The translations under genes and the position numbers were made by a program. Under the pieces are notes generated by a model. The model ran no database searches and was not told the origin of the DNA. It worked only from the letters and a program-made list of their open reading frames with translations. Below, piece after piece: positions 53,411-62,916 of a stretch of 64,000 nt of DNA. The DNA lies in contig JBFMGU010000010.1 of the NCBI GenBank assembly GCA_040752415.1, positions 16,023-80,022 of the forward strand. The letters are read 5' to 3'. The number at the start of each line of letters is the position of its first letter. The first letter of the stretch is position 1. The DNA comes from Myxococcota bacterium. GTDB lineage: Bacteria > Myxococcota > JACRCW01.

Positions 53411-55104
53411 TGGCTGGCACAAAGACCAAGAAGGCGTCGGCGAAGAAGAAGGAGCCAGCGCGGAAGTCCCAAGAGTCCGCCATCCCGGATGAGCAGACGG
53501 TGCGGTGGAACCTGGAGGACCTGCCTACCTCGCAGCACCGCGCCGGACTGGCCGGGCTCGTGATGATGGTGCAATGGCTCAACCGCCAGGGGACGCACAA
53601 GGGGGCTTGCGTCGTCGAGAAGCTGGACGCGCATGGCGCGACCTTCCGGTTCGACCGCGCGGGATTCCAGTCGTTGATGGATCACACGTATGAGGCCAGT
53701 GAGGAGGAACAAGAGCGTGAGCAACCGCTGAAGGACAAGAAGAAGCAGATCATTGCACCGCTGCGTGAGGTGACGCGACGGGTGACGGACGCCAAGGGGA
53801 AGGAGCGGGAAAAGACCTTCTACGTGTATCCCGTGACGGTGCCGCATGGGGCGGTGGTTACCGAGTGGGAACCTCCCTCGGAAGGCGGCAAGGCCCTGTG
53901 GCTGAAGATGTGGCGGGATCTGCTTTGGGGCGTGTTGCGCGGCGTTCCAGCGACCCGAGCGCCCTACGAACAGCGCGCGGAACGAAAGCCCATGGCGGAC
54001 GCCGCAGCTCTCTATGACGAGATTGCGCGAGATCCGGTTGTGCCCCTTCCCAGCACGTACTTCCTGGGCGCGCAGGCGAAGACCGCCGAAGACGTGGGAT
54101 TCAAGGACCAGGCGCGCCGGCAGTTCGTGCTGCACTTCTGGCCTTTCGCCATTCGCATCTACACGCCAATCACGGTGGACCGGGAGGGTAAGGAGGAGTT
54201 CACTGGCTTTGCCGTGGCGTTTCCGGACGTGAGCGACTTACGGGACTACTGCGAGACGTTCCCCTCCCTCATGCGCGGGCGCGGTGTCGAGGCGGCTGGT
54301 TATCGGCCGCGGGAGTCCAAGGTGGACCTGGCGCTCGAAGCCGGCGTGGACTTGATGTGGCGGCTTCGGCGCCTGGTTCCGGCTCAGCTGGAAGCGTCAC
54401 AAGGGCTGACGGCGTTTTCGCTGCGCGGCGTGGACGTGGTGCACGTGGAGAAGCAGGGGAACAACGTTCGCGTTTGGAGCTCGACCCGCGTGGAGCCCAA
54501 GCCAGGCATGTTGAACGAGTACGGGAGCGTGAAAGGCGTCTTTTGGAGCGCCGACTTCCGACGCCAGCGGCTGGTGAACCTCGTGGCGGGGCGCGACTGG
54601 CACGCCGGCTTCTTGGGCATTTTCAAGACGGCGCCCTGGGAGCGGTTCCTCGGGGACAAGCAGTTTTTTGGACATGATGCTCGCGCGGCCTTCAAGGCCG
54701 TGACGGGCGCGGAGGCGGAGATGGATGAGGGCAAGGAGACGGAGGCCGCGTTGGAGACCATCGTCCTCAAGGTGGTGCGCGGCTACCTGGCCAGGAAGAT
54801 GGAAGCGAAGCACGGCGTGAAGACCACGAAGGAGGGAGACAAGTGGGTCTGGGTCACCGCGGAGGGGAAGCCCGCGCCGGACCAGGAAGGCCTGAGCAAG
54901 AGGCGCCACAAGCTGGCCGTGGACGCATTCCTGGGTTGTCGCTCCCGTACCGGTGCGGATTTCCAAGACTACTTCACCGGGACGCTTTGCTCCGTCCCGC
55001 AATACCTGGGCGAGACGGGATACCGGACCCTCTCCACGGCACTGCTGCGCAACGACGACACCGTTCGAACCCTGACCATGCTGGCGCTGAGCGCCTCGGC
55101 GTGA
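53407..55104 (+). CDS. cmx8: Cascade large subunit Cas8 (Cmx8/DevT-like)
   Basis: LPTSQHRAGLAGL, WRDLLWGVLRGVPATR, FVLHFWP; lies between cas3 and cas7. Confidence 0.9.
   Translation: MMAGTKTKKASAKKKEPARKSQESAIPDEQTVRWNLEDLPTSQHRAGLAGLVMMVQWLNRQGTHKGACVVEKLDAHGATFRFDRAGFQSLMDHTYEASEEEQEREQPLKDKKKQIIAPLREVTRRVTDAKGKEREKTFYVYPVTVPHGAVVTEWEPPSEGGKALWLKMWRDLLWGVLRGVPATRAPYEQRAERKPMADAAALYDEIARDPVVPLPSTYFLGAQAKTAEDVGFKDQARRQFVLHFWPFAIRIYTPITVDREGKEEFTGFAVAFPDVSDLRDYCETFPSLMRGRGVEAAGYRPRESKVDLALEAGVDLMWRLRRLVPAQLEASQGLTAFSLRGVDVVHVEKQGNNVRVWSSTRVEPKPGMLNEYGSVKGVFWSADFRRQRLVNLVAGRDWHAGFLGIFKTAPWERFLGDKQFFGHDARAAFKAVTGAEAEMDEGKETEAALETIVLKVVRGYLARKMEAKHGVKTTKEGDKWVWVTAEGKPAPDQEGLSKRRHKLAVDAFLGCRSRTGADFQDYFTGTLCSVPQYLGETGYRTLSTALLRNDDTVRTLTMLALSASA
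54721..55104 (+). CDS. cas11: Probable internally translated Cas11 small subunit (127 aa)
   Basis: In-frame ATG at 54721 preceded by GGAGGCGGAG; helical C-terminal domain AFLGCRSR...FQDYFTGTLCSVPQ. Confidence 0.7.
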   Translation: MDEGKETEAALETIVLKVVRGYLARKMEAKHGVKTTKEGDKWVWVTAEGKPAPDQEGLSKRRHKLAVDAFLGCRSRTGADFQDYFTGTLCSVPQYLGETGYRTLSTALLRNDDTVRTLTMLALSASA

Positions 55105-55114
55105 GGAAACCACC

Positions 55115-56029
55115 ATGACGACTGACAAGAAGAAGCTGAACCTGTTTGGAACCGTCCTGACCTACGCCGGCCCCAGCAGCAACTACCGGGGCGAGAGCGA
55201 GGAGAACCGCACGGTGATCCAGCGGATCACCCGCGAGAACAAGGAGCACGCGGTGGTGAGCCCGGAGGCGATGCGCAACGCGCTCCGAGAGACGTTGGCC
55301 ACCTACGGCCTACCGATGAACCGGACCCGGCTGCACCAGGAAGACCAGCTGGCGGTGAAGTTCCACGACTTCCCGGACGGCTCAAAGTATGCGGATGACT
55401 TCCTCTTCGGGTTCCTGGTGGCGGACGGCAAAGAGTTGAGGAAGAAAAAGGGCGATGACGCCGAGGTCAAGCGCGACAGCATCCTCCGCATGAACCTCGC
55501 GGTGGCGCTGCAGCCCTATCGGTTCAACGCCACGTTCCACCAGTCGCCCAAGAACGTCGACAGTCCCTTCCAGAACGCTGGCAGCTCCGCGTTGCTGCAC
55601 CGCGAGGTCTCGGACACGGCGTTCCAGTACCCCTTCGCTCTCTCGATGGCGGACTGCCACGCCCACAAGGAAGGTCCCCGCTGGGCGGGTCACCTGCTGC
55701 GCGCCATTGGTGAGCTCAACAACGTGGCCGGCGGTCACGCACGGAGCTACTTCGAGTTCGCTCCGCGCAGTGTGGTCGTCCGTCTCACGCCGCGGCTGGT
55801 GGCCGGGTTCAAGACGTACGGGTTTGAGCCGGATGGCAGCTTCCCGGAGCTGAGTCGCATCAACGGGAGTGACATGCCCGGCAACGAGTTCTGGCTGGGC
55901 GGTGAGCTGGTCCGGAAGATGGACGCGAAGCGGCGCGAAGAGCTGAAGGCCGCGGGAGTGCACATGGAGGACAACCCGCAGACGCTGCTGGAGAAGGTGG
56001 CGCAGGCCGCGGGGTTGGTGGCCCAATGA
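55115..56029 (+). CDS. cas7: Cas7 (DevR)
   Basis: NYRGESEENRTVIQ, SPEAMRNALRE, YADDFLFG, VAGGHARSYFEFAP. Confidence 0.93.
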   Translation: MTTDKKKLNLFGTVLTYAGPSSNYRGESEENRTVIQRITRENKEHAVVSPEAMRNALRETLATYGLPMNRTRLHQEDQLAVKFHDFPDGSKYADDFLFGFLVADGKELRKKKGDDAEVKRDSILRMNLAVALQPYRFNATFHQSPKNVDSPFQNAGSSALLHREVSDTAFQYPFALSMADCHAHKEGPRWAGHLLRAIGELNNVAGGHARSYFEFAPRSVVVRLTPRLVAGFKTYGFEPDGSFPELSRINGSDMPGNEFWLGGELVRKMDAKRREELKAAGVHMEDNPQTLLEKVAQAAGLVAQ

Positions 56030-56736
56030 GCACCCTGTGGTTGCGCGTGCGCGCCCCGTTTGCCGCGTACCGCTGGATGCAGGCGGGCGTGTGGCGCGCC
56101 ACCAGTCCGGTGATGCCCCACAGCGCGGCGTGGGGATTGGTGCTGAACCTGGCGGGCGTGGAGACGCGACTCAAAACGGATGACGTCACCACGCTCGTCG
56201 ACCCCCAAGCCCCATCGCTGCGTGTCGCGGTTGGAGAGGTGGCGGTGGGGGAGCAACGCATGGCGGCGGGACGGACAAGCTTGTACCAGCAACTGCACTC
56301 GTATCCCGTGGGCAATTCCGGCGCGGAGTTGGCGGAGCGCACGTTCGGGGCGAAGTACTGGATTGCGCCGACTCGCCGTGAACTCCTAGTGGAGCTCGAC
56401 TGCATCCTCGGCGTCCAGTCGGATTCCCAGACGTTGCTGGATAACGTGGTGAAGGGACTGAATGGCACCCTCGACGTGAAGCGTTACGGCTTGCCGTTCG
56501 CGGGCGACAACAACCTCCTGCTGGACCGCGTGGACGTCCTGCCCGAGCCGCCGCCTGCGTTCTGGTACGAGGTTATGTCCGAGGATTCACCCGCTTCTGA
56601 AGGCTCGTGCCGGCTCACCGTCTCGATAGACCGGGCGGATAGCTCGCGCACAGTGACCCGCCTCTTCGCGCCGACGGGGCCTCATGCTCAGCCGCCCGAG
56701 CCCGCTTGGGTGGACACGGGACCGTTAGCCGCTTGA
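56026..56736 (+). CDS. cas5: Cas5 (DevS)
   Basis: LRVRAPFAAYR, PHSAAWGLVLNLAG, YQQLHSYPVG, RYGLPFAGDNN. Confidence 0.93.
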   Translation: MSTLWLRVRAPFAAYRWMQAGVWRATSPVMPHSAAWGLVLNLAGVETRLKTDDVTTLVDPQAPSLRVAVGEVAVGEQRMAAGRTSLYQQLHSYPVGNSGAELAERTFGAKYWIAPTRRELLVELDCILGVQSDSQTLLDNVVKGLNGTLDVKRYGLPFAGDNNLLLDRVDVLPEPPPAFWYEVMSEDSPASEGSCRLTVSIDRADSSRTVTRLFAPTGPHAQPPEPAWVDTGPLAA

Positions 56737-56893
56737 AACTCGCACGCCGTTGGAACCGGTGAGGCGTCAAACGACAGGGTGACGTCGAGCGTCGCGGGCA
56801 AGATGAGGGTCCGCTACAAGGACGAGTATTTCCGGACCTGGCAGGCGGGCTCACGGTAGCGCCGATGCCATGAGGACCCGCGAGGACTGAACC

Positions 56894-57565
56894 ATGGCCA
56901 TCCGCCGCATCAAGCCATTCGACCCCGCCCCCTCCGGCAGGCTGGCGAGGGACCTCCTGAAGAAGGCGCGCGTCCCGGCTGCCGTCGTCGGGCGGCTCGC
57001 GGTCTGGCACTGGATCCCCGACGAGAGTCAGCACGCGTTCACCAAGGACCTCGACCTCGCCGTGTCGCGGGCCGGCATGATCCGTGTGCGCGAGGTCATT
57101 TCGGGCTTGGACCTGACCACCAGCGAGCTTCCCATCGGGGGCGTCAACGTTTCGAAAGCACAACCGGTCATCAACGTGGACTTCATCGACCGTGCCAGCA
57201 GCGAGTGGGGGGACCTCTCCGGCCTGTTCACGGAGGCGGTGCAGGAGGCGCAGCGCAATGACGAGTTGCTGGAGGTTGCGCCGCACGTCGCATTTCACGT
57301 CGTCTCGCCGGAGCACCTGACGGTGATGAAGCTGGCAACGGGAATGCGTAAGGACGAGGAGGATGCCGTCCGCCTGCTGGAGCACGTGCCCGACCTGGAC
57401 ATCGGTCGCGTCCGCGAGATCGTCCGGCAACATCTGGACGCGACGTGGCGCGGGCGGCTGGAGCAGCTGCTGCGCGACGCCGGACATCGCGCGGCCCGCC
57501 CATCCTACGCTCTCTCGACGGGGCAGCCGGCTGGCCGTGGCTCCAAGGGACCTCGCAGCCGTTGA
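56894..57565 (+). CDS. Pol-beta-superfamily nucleotidyltransferase (AbiEii/DUF6036-like)
   Basis: AVVGRLAV...TKDLDLAV and C-terminal PEHLTVMKLATGMRKDEED motifs. Confidence 0.7.
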   Translation: MAIRRIKPFDPAPSGRLARDLLKKARVPAAVVGRLAVWHWIPDESQHAFTKDLDLAVSRAGMIRVREVISGLDLTTSELPIGGVNVSKAQPVINVDFIDRASSEWGDLSGLFTEAVQEAQRNDELLEVAPHVAFHVVSPEHLTVMKLATGMRKDEEDAVRLLEHVPDLDIGRVREIVRQHLDATWRGRLEQLLRDAGHRAARPSYALSTGQPAGRGSKGPRSR

Positions 57566-57621
57566 CCGCGACCCCGAACCACCACATCGGCGCCCCGCAA
57601 CCCTTTCGCATCCAGCCTCCA

Positions 57622-57637
57622 TGGCGCGTGCGTTGCT
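57622..57637 (+). promoter_or_regulatory. Sigma54 promoter motif
   Basis: TGGCGCGTGCGTTGCT (GG-N10-GC), ~35 bp upstream of ATG 57672. Confidence 0.6.
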
Positions 57638-57671
57638 TGCACACCACCCCACCACGTCAGGGAGAGGGTGC

Positions 57672-58319
57672 ATGCCCAGGAACGGGAAGGACGCGCTGGA
57701 CGCGCCGGTGCCCTATGAGTGCCGCGGGGCGGACACGCCGGTGGAGCCACGTCGGAAGGAAGCGGTGGAGGTGGTGCTGCGGCCGGGGACCGTTGACGAG
57801 CTGGACGCGCTCTCCGCGCTGATGCAGCCGCGCGACATCTGGGGGAACCTGCGCTTCAAGCGTCCACCCACGCCCTTTGTGCTGCGCCTGTTGTGGCGCT
57901 CCGGCCTGCAGGTGCTCTTCATCCACCGCAGTGACGACGAGCGCCTGGTGGGCTTCTTCCTGGTCTACGGCCCCGACGACCCGCTGGCGGCGCGCGAGTT
58001 CGACGGCGCCATCCTCCACGTGGGCGACCGCCGCTTGGGCCTGGCGCAGAAGAGCGTGCACGCGTTCCAGGACCGCATGTTCTCCGCGCGTCGCTGCGCC
58101 GCGCTGGTGGCGTCCATCAACGCGGAGAACGTCCCCTCCCAGCAGCTGCTGCGCTCCTGTGGTTTCCGCGTGACGCCGGGGGAGCCGGAGGACGTGGGCC
58201 TGGTGCGGGGCGTGGTGCAGACCTACGACGCGCAGATGAACCGCGTGGACTGGGAGCGGCTGCGCGCGCAACAGGCGCACCGGCGCGCAACTTTGGGGCA
58301 AAGCGCGCACCGCCGGTGA
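57672..58319 (+). CDS. GNAT (RimJ/RimL-like) acetyltransferase
   Basis: RRLGLA and INAENVPSQQLLRSCGF motifs; GGAGAGGG RBS. Confidence 0.75.
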   Translation: MPRNGKDALDAPVPYECRGADTPVEPRRKEAVEVVLRPGTVDELDALSALMQPRDIWGNLRFKRPPTPFVLRLLWRSGLQVLFIHRSDDERLVGFFLVYGPDDPLAAREFDGAILHVGDRRLGLAQKSVHAFQDRMFSARRCAALVASINAENVPSQQLLRSCGFRVTPGEPEDVGLVRGVVQTYDAQMNRVDWERLRAQQAHRRATLGQSAHRR

Positions 58320-58347
58320 CAGGCTTGCGCGTTCTGCCGGGGCCCAC

Positions 58348-58381
58348 AAACACGAACGGCGCCCTGAGGAGGCGCCGCTCG
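58348..58381 (-). terminator. Intrinsic-terminator-like hairpin
   Basis: On the minus strand, an 11-bp stem CGAGCGGCGCC/GGCGCCGTTCG (one G-U) followed by TGTTT. Confidence 0.45.
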
Positions 58382-58857
58382 CTTGCAACAGGCTGTTGTC
58401 GTCGTCCCTGCTTCCGCTTCCCGCGGGCAACCTCGTCGGTGCTCGGAGGGACACCCACGCGTCACGCCACAGGCAACGGTGTCACCAGGACCCTTGCGGG
58501 CCGTGGCAACGCAGCGTGGCCGCGCGATCAAGGGCCTGCTGCCGGTGCGGTCCGCGTCGTCGAGGGTGCAAGCACCTCCAACAACACGTCCGCACCCGCC
58601 AGGCGGTATCCCGTCTGAGGGGACCCACCCGGCCCGCGGTTGGGTGGCGTCTCCAGGTGCGTGCTTGGCACGTCCTTGGGGCTGCTCCCTCCCGCGCATG
58701 GCGGCACCCGTTGCCGAGCGCCGCCACGCACCAGTGATAACCACGGCTTCCCACGCAACAAGCGTCAGCGCGGGGTTTCGCCGTACCCGCTCGCGGACAA
58801 GCCCGGGGCCGACAACGCTTGCGGCGCGCGGCGTCCCGTGGGATTCGCGTGCGCGTC

Positions 58858-60669
58858 GTGTGGAAGACGTACCTGCGCCTGCTGGGCTACGTGCGCCCGT
58901 ATGCACTGGGCATGGCCCTGGCCGTGTTCTGCATGGCGGTGCTCTCCGCCACCACCATGGTCTACGCGTTCCTCAGCGGCCCGCTGCTGGCCTCGCTGTT
59001 GCGCGGCGACGCGGGCGCCCTGGGCGAGGTGGCGGTCTGGGTGCCGCAGCTCAAGGACGTCATCAACCGCGGGGACAAGCAGGCGCTGATGCTGTTGCTG
59101 CCGCTGCTGTTGCTGGGGGTGGCCGCCGTGAAGGGCGTGGCCTACGCCGGTCAGTTCGTGCTCATCCGCGGCATTGGCCAGCGCGTCATGGCGGACCTGC
59201 GCAACGCGCTGTTCGACAAGATGCTCACGCTCCCGGTCAGCTTCCATGAAACCCGCCAGCGCGGGGACCTCATGGCGCGCTTCACCTCCGACGTGCAGAA
59301 CGTGGAGCAGAGCGTCACCGACGCCAGCGCCGACGCCATCCGCCACGCGCTGCAGGTGGTGGGGCTGGTCATCCAGGCGTTCCTCATTGACTGGCAGCTG
59401 GCCGCGGCGTGTTTCATCAGCGTGCCGGCAACGTTCTGGCCGGTGAGCCGCTTCGGCAGGTTCCTCAAGCGCGTGGGCAGCGAGGGGCAGGCGCGCATTG
59501 GCCAGATGACCAGCCAGGTGCAGGAGACGCTGCATGGCATCCGCGTGGTGCAGGCCTTTGGTGGTGAGGAGGCCGCGCGCACCGGCTACCGGGAGCAGGC
59601 CAGGCGCTTCGTGCGGCTCATGGACCGCAGCGTGCTGGCGCGCGGGCTCTACAGCCCCACCATGGAGATCCTCGGCGTCATCGGCATCGGCATCCTCTTG
59701 CGTTACGCGGGTGGGCGCATCGTGGCGGGGGAGCTGAGCGCGGAGCGTTTCATCAGCTTCATCACCTGCATGTTCCTGCTCTATGCGCCCATCAAGGCCA
59801 TCGGGAAGCTGAGCACGTACGTCATCAACGGCGTGGCCAGCGCGGAGCGCCTGTTCGAGGTGCTGGACGCGCCCATCACCATCGCCGACAAGCCGGACGC
59901 GCGCGCGCTCACCCGCGCCCGGGGTGAGGTCACCTTCCGTGACATCCGCTTCCGCTACGTGGGTGACGAGGTGCTGCGCGGCGTGGACCTCACGGTGCGC
60001 GCGGGCGAGGTGGTGGCGCTGGTGGGACCTTCCGGCTCCGGCAAGACCACGCTGCTGGCGCTCCTGCCGCGCTTCCATGACCCGGTCCGTGGCCAGGTGC
60101 TGCTGGATGGCGTGGACGTGCGCGACTACCGCCTGCGGGATCTCCGTCGTCAGATTGCCACCGTGACGCAGGATACCGTGCTGTTCCATGCCACGGTGCG
60201 GGAGAACATCCGCTACGGCCGTCCCGACGCCACCGACGCGGACGTGGAGGCGGCGGCACGCGCCGCGCACGCGTGGGAGTTCATTGCGGCGCTGCCGCGC
60301 GGGCTGGACACGCTGCTGGGTGAGAACGGCGTGAACCTCAGCGGCGGTCAGCGCCAACGCGTGGCCATTGCGCGCGCGCTCATCCGCGACGCACCCATCC
60401 TCATCCTCGACGAGGCCACCAGCGCGCTGGACACCGAGAGCGAGTCGCACGTGCAGGCCGCGCTCAACAACCTCATGAAGGGACGCACCACGCTCATGAT
60501 TGCGCACCGCCTCTCCACGGTGCGTCGCGCGGACCGCATTGTGGTGTTGGAGGCGGGACAGGTGGTGGAGGAGGGCGGGCACGAGGCGCTGCTGGCGCGG
60601 GGTGGCACCTATGCGCGCCTGGCCGCGCACGGTGAACGCAACGCCGACGTGGATGCGCTGGCTGGCTGA
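58858..60669 (+). CDS. MsbA-like ABC transporter (permease + ATPase)
   Basis: TM domain, GPSGSGKT, LSGGQRQR, ILDEATSALD, IAHRLST; start approximate. Confidence 0.92.
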   Translation: MWKTYLRLLGYVRPYALGMALAVFCMAVLSATTMVYAFLSGPLLASLLRGDAGALGEVAVWVPQLKDVINRGDKQALMLLLPLLLLGVAAVKGVAYAGQFVLIRGIGQRVMADLRNALFDKMLTLPVSFHETRQRGDLMARFTSDVQNVEQSVTDASADAIRHALQVVGLVIQAFLIDWQLAAACFISVPATFWPVSRFGRFLKRVGSEGQARIGQMTSQVQETLHGIRVVQAFGGEEAARTGYREQARRFVRLMDRSVLARGLYSPTMEILGVIGIGILLRYAGGRIVAGELSAERFISFITCMFLLYAPIKAIGKLSTYVINGVASAERLFEVLDAPITIADKPDARALTRARGEVTFRDIRFRYVGDEVLRGVDLTVRAGEVVALVGPSGSGKTTLLALLPRFHDPVRGQVLLDGVDVRDYRLRDLRRQIATVTQDTVLFHATVRENIRYGRPDATDADVEAAARAAHAWEFIAALPRGLDTLLGENGVNLSGGQRQRVAIARALIRDAPILILDEATSALDTESESHVQAALNNLMKGRTTLMIAHRLSTVRRADRIVVLEAGQVVEEGGHEALLARGGTYARLAAHGERNADVDALAG

Positions 60670-60820
60670 AGCTTTCGCCCGCGGAGCATGGGACGTCCCT
60701 CCACGCTGACGCTGACGTCGGGAGCCGGGGACGCGCGCGCCTTCCCGGTTGACACCGTCTTCAAGCCGGTGGTGTGGTGCCCGCGCATGGGTTGCGTCCA
60801 CGGCGTTGGAGGGGTTGGCG

Positions 60821-62758
60821 GTGGATGAGGTTTCCTGTCGGGCCACGCTGGTGTGCCTGGAGCAGTTGGACCAGCTGGGCATTCCCCGCGCGCGCCTGGT
60901 GGAAGGGCTGCCGGTGGAGCTCGCGCACCTGGAGCGGACCCGCAGTCGACTGAGCTGGGACGTGTACGTGGACGTCATGGAGCGGTTCGAGGCGCTGGTG
61001 GGCGGCGCCGTGGCGTTGGAGCAAACCGGGGAGATGTCCACGGGGACGGGCGCCTTCCAGTTCTTCCACCGGATTGCGCGCCTCACCACGGAGCCGGCGT
61101 GGGTCTACCGCTTCGTCTTCCAGTTCTTCGGGCCGGCCATGTTCTCCAACGTGCGCAACACCATGGAGGAGGTGGCGCCGCGGCGTTACCGGTTCACCCT
61201 GGAGATTCCGCCCACCTACCGGGACTGCCCCGCGTTCTTCCGCATCTCCGCCGGCGCCTTCCGCACCTCTCCCACCGTCTTCGGTTATCCGCGCGCGGAC
61301 GTGGTCATGCAGCTCACCCCGCGCAGGGCCGTCTACGACGTCACGGTGCCCGACGGCGGGACCGCTCCGCGCACGCGGGTGCGCGAGTGGGTGGCGCGCA
61401 GCCTGTGGGCCAAGGAGTCCCTGGACGTCCTGCGTGAGCTGCAGGATGAGCTGCGCGGCGGCTACCACGGCCTGCAGGAGGCCAACCAGCGCATCCAGGA
61501 ACAGAAGCAGCTCTTGGAGCGGGCCATGGAGGAGCAGCGTCGGGTGGAGCAGGAGAACCGCCACCTGGAAAGACAGCTCCACCGCGCGCAGAAGCTGGAG
61601 GGCCTGGGCCTCTTGGCCGGCGGCATTGCCCACGACTTCAACAACCTGCTCACCGTGATCGTGGCCAACCTGGAGCTGGCCCAGGCTGGCATGCCCCACG
61701 CGGAGGGGGAGGTGCTGGGCTACCTGGAGGGAATCCGGGAGGCGGCCACGCGCGCCGGGGACCTGACCCGCCAGCTGCTGGCCTACGCGGGACGTCGCCC
61801 GCCCACGCTGCGCGCTTTTGACCTGGGCGCGCTGGTGGGGAACGTGGGCAACCTGCTGCGCGCCGCGTTTCCGCGCCACGTTGCGCTCATCTTCCACGGG
61901 AGCGAGGGGCTCCCGCCGGTGCACGGGGACCCCGCCCAGCTGCAGCAGGTGATCATGAACCTCATCACCAACGCGGCGGAGGCGGCGCACGGTGAACGCG
62001 GCACCATCACCCTGCGCACCGGCGTGACGAAGGTGGACGAAGCGCGTCGGCTCCGCGCGAACCTGGGCGAAGGGGCGGCGCCCGGCGACTACGTGTTCTT
62101 CGAGGTGGCCGACGACGGCGTGGGCATGGACGACGAGGTGCTGGGGCGCATCTTCGACCCGTTCTTCAGCACCAAGGGTGAGGGGCGCGGGTTGGGTCTG
62201 TCGGCCATCCTGGGCATCATCCGCGGTCACCGCGGGCTGCTGGAGGTGGAGACGCGCGCGGGCGCGGGCAGCCTGTTCCGCGTGTTGCTGCCGCTGCGTC
62301 GGGGAGAGGACTCCCGCGTCGCGCCGTCTCCGTCGACGAAGGCCACGCCGGGTGGGGGCTGGCGCGGCCGCGGCGTGGTGCTGGTGGTGGATGACGAGGA
62401 GCTGGTGCGCGAGAGCGTGGCGCGGATGCTGGAGCGCCTGGGCTTTGAGGTGCGGACCGCCACCGACGGCGCGGACGCCGTGGACCGCGTGCGTGCGCAC
62501 GAGGGCAGCTGGGCGGCCATCCTGCTGGACCTCAGCATGCCGCGCATGGGCGGAGAGCAGGCCTTCCGCGCCATCCGCGCGCTGCGGCCCGACGCGCGGG
62601 TGGTGCTGTGCAGCGGCAACCTGGATGACCGCGTGGTGCAGGACCTGCTCGGCGAGGGACTGGCGGGCGTGCTGCCCAAGCCGTTCCGCGCGCAGGAGCT
62701 GGCCACGTTGCTGCAACGCGTGCTGGACGTGGGGGTGGCCTCGGGATCGCCCCGGTGA
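60821..62758 (+). CDS. Hybrid sensor histidine kinase/response regulator
   Basis: GGIAHDFNNLL, NLITNAAEA, GRGLGL, C-terminal REC; start approximate. Confidence 0.92.
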   Translation: MDEVSCRATLVCLEQLDQLGIPRARLVEGLPVELAHLERTRSRLSWDVYVDVMERFEALVGGAVALEQTGEMSTGTGAFQFFHRIARLTTEPAWVYRFVFQFFGPAMFSNVRNTMEEVAPRRYRFTLEIPPTYRDCPAFFRISAGAFRTSPTVFGYPRADVVMQLTPRRAVYDVTVPDGGTAPRTRVREWVARSLWAKESLDVLRELQDELRGGYHGLQEANQRIQEQKQLLERAMEEQRRVEQENRHLERQLHRAQKLEGLGLLAGGIAHDFNNLLTVIVANLELAQAGMPHAEGEVLGYLEGIREAATRAGDLTRQLLAYAGRRPPTLRAFDLGALVGNVGNLLRAAFPRHVALIFHGSEGLPPVHGDPAQLQQVIMNLITNAAEAAHGERGTITLRTGVTKVDEARRLRANLGEGAAPGDYVFFEVADDGVGMDDEVLGRIFDPFFSTKGEGRGLGLSAILGIIRGHRGLLEVETRAGAGSLFRVLLPLRRGEDSRVAPSPSTKATPGGGWRGRGVVLVVDDEELVRESVARMLERLGFEVRTATDGADAVDRVRAHEGSWAAILLDLSMPRMGGEQAFRAIRALRPDARVVLCSGNLDDRVVQDLLGEGLAGVLPKPFRAQELATLLQRVLDVGVASGSPR

Positions 62759-62916
62759 TTCCTTCCGCGTTGATCCGCGCGGAACCCGCCGGGACGCCGT
62801 CAGACAGCCCCCGGGCACCTCGTTAGCCTCCCGGGTGGAGCCCGGCGCGCGCTGATGACGTCGGACACGGACGGAGGCACGCGTCTCCCGGTTTCCGGGC
62901 TCCCACGGAGCTGCGA

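Noticed and set aside
58400..58460. Minus-strand CCGC-GGGAA-GCGG-AAGCAG resembling SRP RNA helix 8
   Set aside because: The conserved CAGG internal-loop strand and GNRA tetraloop geometry do not fit; needs an Infernal scan.
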